A stretch of 63,877 nucleotides of DNA, filler included, from Limisphaerales bacterium (GTDB taxonomy: Bacteria; Verrucomicrobiota; Verrucomicrobiia; Limisphaerales; SIBE01), in NCBI GenBank assembly GCA_044225505.1. It is 3 parts of 3 records of this genome, joined end to end, with 100 filler letters (N's around TTAATTAATTAA, not from the genome) between each part and the next. Parts side by side here need not be neighbours in the genome. Positions count along the whole stretch, not along the records: positions 1 to 25,085 come from JBGAIN010000122.1; positions 25,186 to 50,341 come from JBGAIN010000123.1; 1 more part is not named here. One strand, given 5' to 3'. Positions 19,470 through 30,733 of the stretch are shown piece by piece (the stretch's first letter is position 1; each line of letters begins with the position of its first letter). The notes below the pieces were generated by a model. The model was not told the DNA's origin, searched no databases, and saw only the letters and a program-made list of their open reading frames with translations. The position numbers were made by a program, and so were the translations under genes.

Positions 19470-20531
19470 TTAATCGACCTGCAGCAACTGCCGTTGCCAT
19501 TGCATCAGTCCCTTGGCTTCGGAGCTACCATTTCGCACCAGCGATACCAAGTCCGACTTGCTGGCCACCACCGTGGGGTCGAGCAACAATTGAGCAGCAC
19601 TTTGGTCTCGAATCGCTTTGAGCTGATCAAACTTTCGCTGTTGTTCTTTGGTCAGGCGAATGCCAGTGGAGCGGCGAGGTTTTGGATAGTCTTCCGGAGA
19701 GGCTTGCAGGCCCGTTTCGATGGCGGCTGTAAGACGGGACCGACGTTTCGGCGCCAAGTGGTCCGGCACAATCGGGCGAGCCGAGCGACCGCGAGCGACC
19801 GTGGCAGCAATGGCCACCAGCTTCTCGTGGCTCAGAATGAAGTATGGCGGTCGATTCGCCGCAATGGCTTCCTCTTCGCGCCAGCGCCAGAGCTCTCGGA
19901 GCACCGCCATCGCCGCCGGGTCCAACCGATCGCTCCCTTTGATTCGCCAAGCGTCCTCGACCGGTGGAGGTCGGTGGCGCGCCGCATCGTCAATGACCTT
20001 CGCAAAAACCTCCTTGGCCCATTCGAGACGTCCCTTGTCCTTGAGTTCCATTCGGAGCAACTCGGCCAGCGGCCGTAAGTATTTCGTATCATTCGACGCG
20101 TAGGTAATCATCCGTTGCGACAGCGGCCGTAAGGCCCAGTTCATCTTTTGCGGCCCTTTTTCCAACATGACACCGAGATGCTGCTGCACCAGGTAACGCA
20201 GACCAAACTCGCGGTAGCCTAGCAAACGAGCCGCCCACATCGTGTCAAAGACGAGCGTCGGCAGAAATTGATAGGCTCGAGACAGCAAGCGCAAATCATA
20301 GTCGGCCCCGTGCAAGATGAGCTCTTTGTCCCGCAACTCCGCCAACAAAGGGTTCATGTCGACACCGGCTAAAGGATCCACGAGCACATCCCGTTCGGGT
20401 AAACTGATTTGAAGCAAACAGAGCTTCTCCGGGTAAGCGTGGAGGCTGTCGGCCTCGGTATCGATGGCAATCGATGTCTGCGACTTAAGTTCGGGCAGCA
20501 GCTCTGCCAGTTCCTGAGCGGTTCCAATCAC
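19470..20531 (-). CDS. rnd: Ribonuclease D (DEDDy exonuclease + HRDC)
   Basis: IAIDTEADSLHAY, LHGADYDL, FDT, W..RPL, YA..D and HRDC LWRWREEEA...NRPP. Confidence 0.88.
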   Translation of the reverse strand: MIGTAQELAELLPELKSQTSIAIDTEADSLHAYPEKLCLLQISLPERDVLVDPLAGVDMNPLLAELRDKELILHGADYDLRLLSRAYQFLPTLVFDTMWAARLLGYREFGLRYLVQQHLGVMLEKGPQKMNWALRPLSQRMITYASNDTKYLRPLAELLRMELKDKGRLEWAKEVFAKVIDDAARHRPPPVEDAWRIKGSDRLDPAAMAVLRELWRWREEEAIAANRPPYFILSHEKLVAIAATVARGRSARPIVPDHLAPKRRSRLTAAIETGLQASPEDYPKPRRSTGIRLTKEQQRKFDQLKAIRDQSAAQLLLDPTVVASKSDLVSLVRNGSSEAKGLMQWQRQLLQVD

Positions 20532-20937
20532 TCATCCAACTTGCCTGGATTCAAAAGAAAACAAAAGTGGTTTGACCGTTTGCAGGCCAAGAATTTGGTG
20601 TGAATCCTCTATGAGCCACGGAACGATTGCCGGATCGCGGGCGACGCGCTCGGCATGTCCTACCGGGGTGGAGGCACAAGCGTAGCCAGAAATCCTGCCT
20701 CGGGCAGGGAAGAGCGCTGCGGCCCTGGCAAACAGGGCGCCGGCGTGAGGCACGCTGAGTATCGCCAAAAGGACGGCCGCCCATAGGGTTACACCGAAGT
20801 CAGCCGGGGGCGCAGTCGCCTCAGCCAGGGCGCTTTGAGGCTATCCTCGCGTGGTCCACGCCAGTCTGCACGCAACGATTTTATAGCAATTTCAGCGACA
20901 CATCTCTACGCTATACCGGTTGCCCGGACAAAAGTTC

Positions 20938-22401
20938 ATGAACCTTGCCTTAGCTTTTTTAGCCTCCGCCCAGAAGTATCGCTCGGATGTAGCGCTCTTC
21001 TGGGGCGAGAGTGAACTCAGGTATGAACATGTGATCGACCAATCCCTGCGGGTGAGTCGCTTGCTGATCTCACAGTTTCATGTGCAACCAGGCGCTCGGA
21101 TCGGTCTTTGGCTCAAGAACTGCCCTGAATTCGTCTCCAGCCTGTTCGGGGTTTGGCTGTCGGAAGGAACGGTCGTTCCGATCAATAACTTCCTCCGGCC
21201 ACGTGAAGTGGCTTATATCCTGGAGGACGCAGGGATCGACCTGATCATTAGCGACTTGGCTCTCAGCGAAGGGTTTGCCGAACTCATCGCCCATCGGCCA
21301 GGGCTTCGTTTCATTCAAGTCGAGGAGTTTGCCAACTTGCCCGCCCCCAGCAACTCCGCGCCCTCAGGCCCGCCGCAACGGGAAGAGGATCTCGCCGTCA
21401 TCATTTACACTTCCGGGACAACCGGCCGCCCCAAGGGCGCAATGCTTTCGCACGGGAATCTCCTGCATAATGTCGAAAGTTGCCGGCAGGTGCTAAAGGC
21501 GGTGAGCTTTGACCGCTTTGTCGTTCTGCTACCGATGTTCCACAGTTTCATGCTGACGGTCGGCACGTTACTGCCGTTACTCGTGGGTGGATCCTCTGTC
21601 ATCATTAAGTCACTGCAATCTCCCAAGGCTATCATCCAGGAAGCCATGGCGCGCCAAGCAACGATTTTACCTGCCATTCCCCAGTTCTTCCGGGCTCTGG
21701 CCCATGCCCAACTGCCTGGGCACCCGATCCTGCGTGAGTTCAATCACGCTTTACCTATTCCTCTCCTTGAAGGGTATGGCCTGAGCGAAGCCAGTCCGGT
21801 CGTTTCGATCAACCCAATCGCGGGACCATGGAAACCGGGGTCTATCGGTAAACCTATTCCCGACGTGGAGATGAATGTCCAAAATGACGCTGGAGCGGCG
21901 TTGGACACTCTTGAGATCGGTGAAATATGTGTGCGCGGCGGAAATGTGATGCAGGGATACTGGCGCCAACCTGAGGAAACCGCCAAAGCCCTTCGAGATG
22001 GCTGGCTTCTCACGGGCGACGTCGGCTACCGCGATGCCGACGGATACTACTTCATCACCGATCGCAAGAAGGACATGCTCCTGGTAAACGGAATCAACGT
22101 TTACCCCAGAGAGATCGAGGAAATCATTTACCAGTACCCGGGCGTGAAAGAGGCCGCTGTGATTGGGATTCCCGACGCTCGCAAGGGCGAGCAGCCCCTC
22201 GCTTTTGTGTCGGTAAAAGACGACGCCACGATCGACGACCGCGCTTTGCTAACCTTTATTAAAGAAAAACTGGCCGATTACAAAGTCCCGCGCCGTGTCG
22301 TCTTCCTTCCAGCCCTGCCTCGTAACGCCACAGGCAAGATTCTAAAAACGAATCTCCGAGACATGGCCCATCACAAATCGGCGCCTAGCGCGGCCGGATA
22401 A
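20938..22401 (+). CDS. Long-chain fatty acid--CoA ligase (ANL superfamily), possibly with an internal in-frame deletion
   Basis: YTSGTTGRPKGA, EGYGLSEA, TGD, DRKKD and terminal GKI. The SGxAPL motif is missing. Confidence 0.88.
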   Translation: MNLALAFLASAQKYRSDVALFWGESELRYEHVIDQSLRVSRLLISQFHVQPGARIGLWLKNCPEFVSSLFGVWLSEGTVVPINNFLRPREVAYILEDAGIDLIISDLALSEGFAELIAHRPGLRFIQVEEFANLPAPSNSAPSGPPQREEDLAVIIYTSGTTGRPKGAMLSHGNLLHNVESCRQVLKAVSFDRFVVLLPMFHSFMLTVGTLLPLLVGGSSVIIKSLQSPKAIIQEAMARQATILPAIPQFFRALAHAQLPGHPILREFNHALPIPLLEGYGLSEASPVVSINPIAGPWKPGSIGKPIPDVEMNVQNDAGAALDTLEIGEICVRGGNVMQGYWRQPEETAKALRDGWLLTGDVGYRDADGYYFITDRKKDMLLVNGINVYPREIEEIIYQYPGVKEAAVIGIPDARKGEQPLAFVSVKDDATIDDRALLTFIKEKLADYKVPRRVVFLPALPRNATGKILKTNLRDMAHHKSAPSAAG

Positions 22402-23098
22402 TAATCTCCTCGAGAATGGCGCGATCAGGCAGATCGATCGCCAAAAGGACGCACCGGGCGACGTCTTCGGGTTGTAACATCTTGAGCCGCGCATCCGAGG
22501 TTGGAGGTGCGGGGCGTTTTTCAAGCAACGGCGTATCAATATCTCCAGGAAACACCGCGCAAGCTCTGATGCCCGAGCCCCGTTCTTCCGCATTAATACT
22601 CTGGGTGAGCCCGCTCATCCCGAACTTGCTCATGACGTAGGCCGGTCCGGCTTTGGGGCTCGCTTGCTTGCCCGCATCCGAAACGATGTTCACGACGGTG
22701 CCGGATCGATGGGTCCGCATGGACGGGAGAAACGCCTGCACGCAATAGTACGCGCCATTCAGATTGGTGTTCAGCATCTCGTGGTAATCCGCCAGGCTCA
22801 GGACTTCAAGCGCGCGTTTGGGCGCGTTCGTTCCCGCCGCATTGACCAGGACGTGCACTTGGTGCCATTCCGCCAAGACACGCTGCCCCATGCGCTCAAC
22901 CGCGCTGGAGTCACCAATGTCGCATGGGCAAATCAGACTGGCCTTGGCCTCTTTCCCAGATAGGTGGACTGTTTCCTGGAGTGCCTCGGCCCGTCGACCC
23001 ACCAGCGCGACCCGCCATCCACGCTGTAATAGAGCGACGGCCGTCGCGCGTCCAACGCCACTCCCCGCTCCGGTGACCACACAGTTCCATTGCGTCAT
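22385..23098 (-). CDS. SDR family oxidoreductase
   Basis: VVTGAGSGVG, NAAG and catalytic YVMSK. Confidence 0.9.
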   Translation of the reverse strand: MTQWNCVVTGAGSGVGRATAVALLQRGWRVALVGRRAEALQETVHLSGKEAKASLICPCDIGDSSAVERMGQRVLAEWHQVHVLVNAAGTNAPKRALEVLSLADYHEMLNTNLNGAYYCVQAFLPSMRTHRSGTVVNIVSDAGKQASPKAGPAYVMSKFGMSGLTQSINAEERGSGIRACAVFPGDIDTPLLEKRPAPPTSDARLKMLQPEDVARCVLLAIDLPDRAILEEIIIRPR

Positions 23099-23114
23099 AC
23101 AAGTCAGAGGTTGA

Positions 23115-24191
23115 TCAGCCCAATGGCACCCAAGCGCCCGTCTCCGCCGAACGGACCGCCGCATCCATGACACCTTGCGCCAAAGCCCCGTCATGAAAAC
23201 TCGGCCGGCAAGGCCGTTGCTCGCGAATGGCACTTATAAATTCCCAGGCTTGGTCATACCGAAATGTAACGAGCGGATCTCCCAAGCGAGGATCTCGCGG
23301 GCTGCCAGGCCAGCGCCAAAACTCTTCGGGAACCGAGATCGTTTCCAATCCCGGACCGCCTGTGCGCCCGACTTGGAGTTTGTTCCACTCGCCCGTAATA
23401 AACACAAAAGAACGTTCGCTGCCGTTGATCTCGACATAATCCAGGCTCCGCCAACTCTCGTTCCGTCCGCTCGCCAGTTTGCTGCTTTCCAAAACCCCGG
23501 TCGCACCGCTCTGAAAGTCCGCCAGGATCGCAACCCAATCGTCTAAGTCGCTAGGCTGGCCCTGGCGCGAATCCACAACCCGGCGCAGGTTAGCGACCAA
23601 CCGGCGCATCGGCCCAACAAGGAGGTGGGCAAAATCGATGCGGTGGCTGAGCATATCGCCCAGTTCGCCTGTTCCAGCCAACTTCTTCACCTGGCGCCAT
23701 CCGAGATTGCGTGTCCCCCAATCTTGCAATCGGCAGGATCGATAGTGATACGGCTGCCCGAGATCGCCCTGCTTGACTAAATGGGCCAAATATCGCATCG
23801 CGGGGACGAATCGATACGTAAACGCGGTCATGTGCCGCACGCCAGCCCGATCCGCCGCCGCCGCCATTTCCAGGGCGTCCGTATGGGTCAACGCCAACGG
23901 TTTTTCACAAAGAACGTGTTTCCCCGCGCCGATGGCGGCCAGTGCGATCGCTCGGTGCGTGAAATTGGGTGTGGCGATGATGACGGCGTCCACGTCGTCG
24001 CGAGTCACCACTTCTGTGTAGTTTGACAAAGCGATCGGAACGCCCGTTTGCTTCTGAGCCCTGGACAAGCAGCCCGGATCCGTGTCGCAGAGTGCAACCA
24101 CCTTGACATCAGGACATAGCGCCAAGCCAGGAAGGTGGTTCTGGAGGGTAATTCCACCGCATCCAACCAAGGCGATTCGGAGTGTACTCAT
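23115..24191 (-). CDS. Gfo/Idh/MocA family oxidoreductase
   Basis: IALVGCGGI, ATPNFTH, CEKPLA and GELGDMLSHRID. Confidence 0.92.
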   Translation of the reverse strand: MSTLRIALVGCGGITLQNHLPGLALCPDVKVVALCDTDPGCLSRAQKQTGVPIALSNYTEVVTRDDVDAVIIATPNFTHRAIALAAIGAGKHVLCEKPLALTHTDALEMAAAADRAGVRHMTAFTYRFVPAMRYLAHLVKQGDLGQPYHYRSCRLQDWGTRNLGWRQVKKLAGTGELGDMLSHRIDFAHLLVGPMRRLVANLRRVVDSRQGQPSDLDDWVAILADFQSGATGVLESSKLASGRNESWRSLDYVEINGSERSFVFITGEWNKLQVGRTGGPGLETISVPEEFWRWPGSPRDPRLGDPLVTFRYDQAWEFISAIREQRPCRPSFHDGALAQGVMDAAVRSAETGAWVPLG

Positions 24192-24291
24192 GAATATAGA
24201 CGCACCAACGCGGAAATTCGTGTTCTTTCGCTCACGACGGACAATAGATATTGGACTAACCGTCCCTCTTTTGGCAATTTCAGATGTTACT

Positions 24292-24654
24292 ATGCAGGTT
24301 CATTTGTTGAAGTCGAAGATTCACCGCGCGCAAGTCACCGGCGCGCACGTGGATTATGAAGGCAGCTTGACCATCGCGGCTGATTTGATGGACAAGGTCG
24401 GCCTTTACCCCTATGAAAAGATCCTGTGCAGCAATCTCGCCAATGGCCAGCGGTTCGAGACCTACGCCATTCCAGGCGAAGCGGGCTCAGGCAAGATCGT
24501 CCTCAATGGTGCTACCGCGCACTTGGGCAAGCCGGGGGATCGGATTACGATCATGAGTTTCACCACGGTAGAATCGGCCATTGCCAAAGCCTGGCAACCG
24601 CAAGTTATTGTGCTTGGCGAGCGGAACGCCATCCTGCATGAACGGGGAATCTAA
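24292..24654 (+). CDS. panD: Aspartate 1-decarboxylase
   Basis: LKSKIHRA.VT, YEG/SLTI self-cleavage site, NGQRFETY and LNGATAH. Confidence 0.95.
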   Translation: MQVHLLKSKIHRAQVTGAHVDYEGSLTIAADLMDKVGLYPYEKILCSNLANGQRFETYAIPGEAGSGKIVLNGATAHLGKPGDRITIMSFTTVESAIAKAWQPQVIVLGERNAILHERGI

Positions 24655-24783
24655 GTGGTCCCATTCATAAATACCGTAACGTGCGCGGCCAGGAGTTTCT
24701 GGGGCCAGCGAGGCGCGAGCGTCGCGGCATACCCGCAGCGGTCTGTGAGGACTGAGCCCCGTTAAGCGTATCATCGCTCTCTC

Positions 24784-25085
24784 ATGCCATTTACTGCCGC
24801 AGAAATCGCCGCTCGACTCGGGGGAGAGGTCCTGGGCGACCCAACCATCGTTCTTACGGGCTTTGCTCCCGCTAGTTCTGCAGTAGCCGGTGATCTGACC
24901 TTCGCCGAAAACGAGGTTTACTTTCAATTCGCCCAGCAAAGTGCGGCCGCCGCCATCCTGGTCGGCGCTCCCTTTCCAGCCGGCGCAAAGGTGCTGATCC
25001 GTGTGCCCAATGCGCGCATTGCGTTCGCCAAGGTCGTTCCTCTGTTTTTTCCGGAGCCCGTGTTTGCTCCAGGAATTCACGCGAC
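24784..25085 (+). CDS. lpxD: UDP-3-O-acyl-glucosamine N-acyltransferase, N-terminal fragment (truncated at contig end)
   Basis: TAAEIAARLGGEVLGD...GDLTFAEN...VPNARIAFAKV...PGIH is typical of the LpxD N-terminal domain. Confidence 0.85.
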
Positions 25086-25185
25086 NNNNNNNNNNNNNNN
25101 NNNNNNNNNNNNNNNNNNNNNNNNNNNNNTTAATTAATTAANNNNNNNNNNNNNNNNNNNNNNNNNNNNNNNNNNNNNNNNNNNN
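25086..25185. other. Artificial contig spacer (N44-TTAATTAATTAA-N44)
   Basis: N runs flank a stop-in-all-frames linker; it is identical to the spacer at 50342. Confidence 0.97.
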
Positions 25186-26286
25186 GCTCTTGAACTCCTT
25201 CACAGCCTTTCCGTCACGATCGAGCGCCGTGACGGCAGCAGAATCTCCCACAAGTGAGCCCCCCTCGCAGTCGATGACGACGCCACCGTCGCGTTGACGA
25301 TATTTTCCCGGGCGATCGGTCCCATCGGCCTTCCGCAAATTACGAATCTCGCAAATGACAGGCGCAGGTTGATAGTCGAGGAAGACGATTTGCGTATTCG
25401 GCGTTTCGGCCATGTCATCGAAACCGAACCGGCCGCCAATGCTCATTACCCTGGGCGGCAAACCTAGCTGCAAACCCCACCGGCAGACGTCGATGACATG
25501 AATTCCGTTGTTACCCGCCTCGCCATTCCCAGTCGCCCAAAACCAGTGCCATTCGTAATGAAGTTGGCTACGCCCGAGGGGTCCCATCGACGCGGGACCA
25601 CACCAGAGATCGTAGTTGACCGACGAAGGGATCGGGGTTGGCGTCGCGACTTTAGCAATCGCAGTTCGCGGGCGATAAACCAGCGCATGCGCCGACCGAA
25701 TCGCTCCCAAGTGGCCTCCGTGCACGTATTCAAAAGCCGCTTTTAACGGTCCGCTCGAGCGACTTTGAGTCCCGACTTGGACCATCCGCTGGTACTTAGC
25801 GGCGGCCGCGACCATCTGCCGTCCCTCCCAAATGGAGTGAGAAAACGGCTTCTCGACGTAGACATCCTTACCAGCCTGGCAGGCCCAAACGGTGGCGAGG
25901 GCGTGCCAATGATTGGGAGTCGCCACCAGGACAGCATCCAGCTCCTTGTCCACCAGCAAATCGCGGAGGTCCCGGTAGGTGCGGACATTCTCACCACGCT
26001 CTTTAAAAAGGCCGGCCCCGTGATCTAGAATCTGCTTGTCGACATCGCAAAGAGCCGCCACGCGCACCCCGTGGATCTGACGCAAGCTGTCGATCAACTG
26101 ACGGCCTCGTCCACCGACGCCCCCGACCGTTTGAATCCCGCCCAACCCGATGACCCCCAGCTGAATGGTCTCGTTGGGTCCGGTTTTGAAAGCCGCAGCG
26201 CGAGCCCGGCTTGCTCCTGAAAGCCCGACCGCAGCTGTGGCCAGACCGATGCTTCGCAAGAACGCTCTGCGTGAGAAGGTGTTCAT
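25186..26286 (-). CDS. Tat-exported Gfo/Idh/MocA oxidoreductase (3'-partial)
   Basis: SRRAFL Tat motif, ATPNHWHA, GKDVYVEKP and QVGTQSRS. Confidence 0.9.
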
Positions 26287-26704
26287 AACGTTAAACGCGT
26301 AAGTCAACAGCGCCTGTTCCCAGGCAATAGTTGATTGTGATCGGACTACCCATACTGTACTCACGCAGTCGTGCAAACATCAATCTTGCCTCGCGATGAT
26401 TGATTTTCTGAATCGTCACCCCCTTCTTTCACCGGCTGATACCGGGCTGGGGACCAGCGCGAACGGCGCAACGTCGCTCAGGGACATTGTGAGAGTGACG
26501 ATCGCGCCGAATAAAACGGCGATCATAAGCGATCCGTTCGCCTCGGGAATTTCGTTGGACTCTCCAGAGAACCGCGTTCCTGGTCAAGACACCGGCGGTC
26601 GTCGATTGGACCTGGGCGTTTCCGACCGCAGATCGCTGGGATGTCTAAGCCCAGTCTGCGCTGAGGCATCGCGTTCCTCGGGAACGCATTTAGGTCAGAA
26701 CTCG

Positions 26705-27877
26705 CTACGTCAAAGACCGGACGAAGCGGTCCATCCGATCGAGACCCTTCTCGATGTTCTGCAAGCTCGTCGCATAACTCAAACGGATGTAATTGTCGGC
26801 GCCAAAGGCTACCCCAGGAACGGCAGCCACTTTCTCCTTTTCGAGCAATCTAGCGCAAAAGTCAGACGATTTGAGTCCTAGCTGAGCAATGTTCGGGAAT
26901 AGATAGAACGCGCCCTTCGAGTTAACACAGGAAACGCCAGGCATGCCGTTAAGCCGCTGAAAAGCGAACTTGCGACGCCGATCGTACTCCGCAAGCCAGG
27001 TTTTGAGATGGTCTTGAGGCCCAGTTAACGCTGCCACGGCACCCTTTTGTGCGAACGACGTAGGGTTGCTCGTGCTATGGCTTTGCACAGCATCGATCGC
27101 CTTGGCGATCGGTTCAGGCGCTGCCAAGAACCCCAACCGCCAGCCTGTCATACTCCAGGCTTTCGCGAACCCATGAACGATAATCGTGTGTTCGTAATGG
27201 GCTTGGCTGAAACTCGCGACGCTCTGGTGTTTAGCACCGTCGTAGAGCAAATGTTCGTAGATCTCATCGCTCATGATCAAGACCCCGCGCTCGACGCAGA
27301 TATCTCCCAAGGCTTTGACCTCGGCCGGAGTATAAACACTGCCGGTGGGATTGCTCGGAGAGTTAAAAATAAATAAACGTGTGCGCGGCGTAATAGCTGA
27401 GCGGAGTTGGTCCGGCGTTACCTTGAATTCCGTTTTGTCGGTCGTTGTCAGCACGACCGGTGTCGCGCCCGCGAGTTTGACCATTTCCGGGTAACTGAGC
27501 CAGTAGGGAGCGGGGATGAGCACTTCATCGCCTTCCTGGCACGTCGCCAAAACCACATTGTAACACGAGTGTTTGCCGCCGCAGGAAACGATAATCTGGT
27601 TGGACTTGTAGCTAAGGCCGTTCTCTTTCTTGAACTTGTCCGCCAACGCTTGGCGCAATTCGGGAATACCGCTGCTCGGAGTATATTTCGTGAAACCGTC
27701 CTGCAGTGCTTTGATTGCCGCATCTTTAATGTGCTGCGGCGTGTCAAAGTCCGGCTCACCGGCACCGAATCCGACAACGTCCAGTCCTTCCGCCTTCATC
27801 TGCTTGGCTTTTGCATCGATAGCCAAAGTCAGTGACGGAGACAATGCGCTTGCGCGCCCGGAAATCTTATAATTCAT
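26705..27877 (-). CDS. aspC: PLP-dependent aminotransferase class I (aspartate aminotransferase-like)
   Basis: GEPDFDTP, NSPSNPTG, SDEIYE and AKAWSMTGWRLG (PLP lysine). Confidence 0.88.
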   Translation of the reverse strand: MNYKISGRASALSPSLTLAIDAKAKQMKAEGLDVVGFGAGEPDFDTPQHIKDAAIKALQDGFTKYTPSSGIPELRQALADKFKKENGLSYKSNQIIVSCGGKHSCYNVVLATCQEGDEVLIPAPYWLSYPEMVKLAGATPVVLTTTDKTEFKVTPDQLRSAITPRTRLFIFNSPSNPTGSVYTPAEVKALGDICVERGVLIMSDEIYEHLLYDGAKHQSVASFSQAHYEHTIIVHGFAKAWSMTGWRLGFLAAPEPIAKAIDAVQSHSTSNPTSFAQKGAVAALTGPQDHLKTWLAEYDRRRKFAFQRLNGMPGVSCVNSKGAFYLFPNIAQLGLKSSDFCARLLEKEKVAAVPGVAFGADNYIRLSYATSLQNIEKGLDRMDRFVRSLT

Positions 27878-27978
27878 AGCGATCGGCCGGAGGAATAGCG
27901 GCTGGTCAAGGCGAGCGCAAGTGAGAATTTATCGAGCCTGGGGAGAATGTCGCTAAAGACTCCAGGTCGGAGTCGAGT

Positions 27979-28749
27979 CTAGGAGTTTGCCAGATCCACC
28001 AGCGGCGCCTGCAGTTCGTAGTTCAAGACCGACAAACAATAAATCGCTGCCGTTTCACTGCGGAGCACCAGCTGGCCCAACGTAATGGGCAATGCGCCCG
28101 CTTGCTGGATGGCGTTTAGCTCCGCCGGTGTGAAGTCCCCTTCGGGCCCTACCCAAATGCAAATGCTTTCAGGCCGGCGCCGACGATCCGATCGAAACGT
28201 CTGGAAGATCTGACGCGGATGATGTGCTCCCGGCTGCAAACTGGCCACTAAAGAAAGGTCGAACCGTTCGCCGGAGTTAACAAACTTTTGCACGGTTTGG
28301 GGGACTTCAATTTGCGGACGCCATGGTGAACCGCATTGCTTGAGAGCTTCTAGCGCAGTGGCTTGCCACTTCTCTACCTTACTGCCAGCTGTGTCGGGTT
28401 CTACCTGCGACACCGAACGATCGGAAAGGATGGGCACAATTCGGTGCACGCCGAGCTCCGTTGCTTTCTGAATGATCAAATCCATGGTCTTGGATTTGGT
28501 CATGGCCTGGGCCAGCGTCAAACGGTAGGGCAGGGCAGGTAAGCTTTGCCTCTGCATAACGTTCAACGTGACCGTTTCCTTAGAAAAACCTTCAACTTCG
28601 CAAAGGAGCTCTTGTCCAGCGCCATCAAGAATAACCACCCGCTCTTTCTCGCGAATTCGGACTACGTGCTGAGCGTGATGGGCCTCACTCCCGGACAAAG
28701 TTACAGATCGTCCTTGCGCCTGCGACGGAGGCAGATAGAAACGATGCAT
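27979..28749 (-). CDS. rsmE: 16S rRNA m3U1498 methyltransferase
   Basis: MHRFY, HVVR, QKATELGV, VGPEGDF and LRSETA. Confidence 0.94.
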   Translation of the reverse strand: MHRFYLPPSQAQGRSVTLSGSEAHHAQHVVRIREKERVVILDGAGQELLCEVEGFSKETVTLNVMQRQSLPALPYRLTLAQAMTKSKTMDLIIQKATELGVHRIVPILSDRSVSQVEPDTAGSKVEKWQATALEALKQCGSPWRPQIEVPQTVQKFVNSGERFDLSLVASLQPGAHHPRQIFQTFRSDRRRRPESICIWVGPEGDFTPAELNAIQQAGALPITLGQLVLRSETAAIYCLSVLNYELQAPLVDLANS

Positions 28750-28808
28750 CAGAATGAACCTGTTCGTTGTTGACTACCACAAGGGAGAATCCGGCCTCGG
28801 CTCTCTCC

Positions 28809-29954
28809 TTAAGATCCGAAGAATTTCTTCGCCCGTTCGAAAAACCGTTTACTGAGCGGATTCACGTTCGCATCACAAAGCGCGGCGAATTCCTGCAGTT
28901 TCTGTCGCTGCGCTGCGTTCAAATGGGTCGGAACTTCAATGTTCACTCGAACGTGCAAATCACCGTGTCCGTAGCCTTCCACATTTTTGACCCCCTTACC
29001 TTTGAGCCGGAAGACTGTGCCGTTCTGGGTTCCAGGTGGAATTCGAATTGGAGCTTGTCCGTTCAAAGTGGGAACGTCAACGTCAGCACCTAATGCTGCG
29101 TCGACAAAACTAACTGGAACTTCACACAACAAGTCGTCCCCCTCCCGTTGGAAGATGTCATGAGCCTTAACATGAAGCACCACGTATAGGTCACCAGAAG
29201 AGCCGCCCCGCAGTCCGGCTTCCCCATTTCCCAAGCTCCGGAGACGAGCGCCCGTATCCACTCCGCCAGGTATTCTTAGTTTGACTTTGGAAGTTCTTTC
29301 GCGCCGGCCCGCGCCACGACAAGTGCGACAGGGTTTATCGACCACTCGGCCACGCCCTTCACACCGCGGGCATGTCTGGGCGATGCTGAAAATTCCGCGC
29401 GACGAAATGACTTGGCCACGTCCTCCGCACTGTGCACAAACGTTTGTGTTAGCTCCAGCCTCGGCCCCTGAACCCCGACAAGTCTCACAGAGGTCCAGCT
29501 TGGTCAGTGAAATTTCCTTCTCACAACCCAAGACGGCTTCTTCAAACGATATTTCCAGATCATACCTTAAATCCGAACCGCGCTGAGGACCGGTCGGGTC
29601 ACGCTGCCCGCCTCCAAATAGTTCGTCAAAGATGCTGCCACCGCCACCGCCACCGAACACTTCGCGAAAGATTTCGAACGGATCGTGAAAGCCGCCACTG
29701 CGACCAGCATTTCCAGCTCGCATGCGAGGATCAAACGCGGAATGCCCGTACTGGTCGTAAGCCGCTCGTTTCTGCGGTTCACTCAGAACTTCATATGCTT
29801 CCCCCAATTCTTTGAACTTCTCCTCGGCGGTTTTGTCCCCAGGGTTTTTGTCGGGATGGTACTTTACAGCAAGCTGACGATACGCCTTTTTGACTTCCTC
29901 CGCCGTCGCGCCGCGCTGAATACCGAGAATTTCGTAATAATCACGCTTCGGCAT
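28809..29954 (-). CDS. dnaJ: Chaperone DnaJ
   Basis: J domain HPD, G/F region and four CxxCxGxG repeats. Confidence 0.97.
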   Translation of the reverse strand: MPKRDYYEILGIQRGATAEEVKKAYRQLAVKYHPDKNPGDKTAEEKFKELGEAYEVLSEPQKRAAYDQYGHSAFDPRMRAGNAGRSGGFHDPFEIFREVFGGGGGGSIFDELFGGGQRDPTGPQRGSDLRYDLEISFEEAVLGCEKEISLTKLDLCETCRGSGAEAGANTNVCAQCGGRGQVISSRGIFSIAQTCPRCEGRGRVVDKPCRTCRGAGRRERTSKVKLRIPGGVDTGARLRSLGNGEAGLRGGSSGDLYVVLHVKAHDIFQREGDDLLCEVPVSFVDAALGADVDVPTLNGQAPIRIPPGTQNGTVFRLKGKGVKNVEGYGHGDLHVRVNIEVPTHLNAAQRQKLQEFAALCDANVNPLSKRFFERAKKFFGS

Positions 29955-29957
29955 ACG

Positions 29958-30539
29958 TCAGGTGCCGGGCTTTTTAGCGACAACTACCGAGGCAGCACGA
30001 ACCAGTCGGTCGTTCAGTTTAAAACCTTTCCGGACCTGCTGCAGAACATGGCCCTCCGGCACCTGGTCGGACGGGAGCTGTGAAACCGCTTCATGAAAGT
30101 TCGGGTCGAAAGGCTTGCCCGTCGCGTCGATCTCCTCAAGACCAGCTTCTGCCAGTACGGAACGAAGCTGACTTTGGATCATATTAACGCCCATTCGCAG
30201 AGCGTCCGCACTGTTTCCGCCCTGAGGATTTGCGGCGGCGGCCAATGCCATATCTAAACTGTCCAACACTGGCAAAAGTTTCTGCAGAAGTGCCTCGTTC
30301 GCGTAGCGAATTCCGTCTTGGCGGTCGCGGGCCGCGCGTTTCTTGAAATTATCGAAATCAGCTGAAACTCTAACCAATCGTTCCCAATGATCTTGGGCCT
30401 TGGCGGCCTGTTCCCTCCATTGTTCAACTTGCTCGCGGGTCCAGTCAGCGGCGAGGAGATCCCCCTTCTCCTGGGCATGAATCGAATTGAACGCATCAGC
30501 GTTCTCCACAGCAGGTCTGTTATCAGTTTCTTCGCTCAT
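29958..30539 (-). CDS. grpE: Nucleotide exchange factor GrpE
   Basis: ADFDNFKKR, LLPVLD, FDPNFHEAV and KGFKLNDRLVRAASVVV. Confidence 0.95.
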   Translation of the reverse strand: MSEETDNRPAVENADAFNSIHAQEKGDLLAADWTREQVEQWREQAAKAQDHWERLVRVSADFDNFKKRAARDRQDGIRYANEALLQKLLPVLDSLDMALAAAANPQGGNSADALRMGVNMIQSQLRSVLAEAGLEEIDATGKPFDPNFHEAVSQLPSDQVPEGHVLQQVRKGFKLNDRLVRAASVVVAKKPGT

Positions 30540-30733
30540 TTCAATTACTCTCGGTATTCCGGAGGCGGCAACATACACAAACGCGCTTTCGAGAGCAACT
30601 CCAGTTCCCGAGGCATTGCGGTCAAGAATCAATCGGTGCTAGCTTGGCAATTGGTCGTTCAGCGAGCGATCGTTTTAGGCTGGAGATTCTTATTCAAACT
30701 GTCCTATACTGTCTTAGGTGAACCGTTTAGGCT

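Noticed and set aside
25086..25185. TTAATTAATTAA motif within N runs (also at 50342-50441)
   Set aside because: It is an artificial concatenation linker, not biology; ORFs crossing it are invalid.
30600..30650. Possible CIRCE element upstream of grpE-dnaJ
   Set aside because: Only a partial half-site (CTAGCAC) is present, with no matching second arm at N9 spacing.
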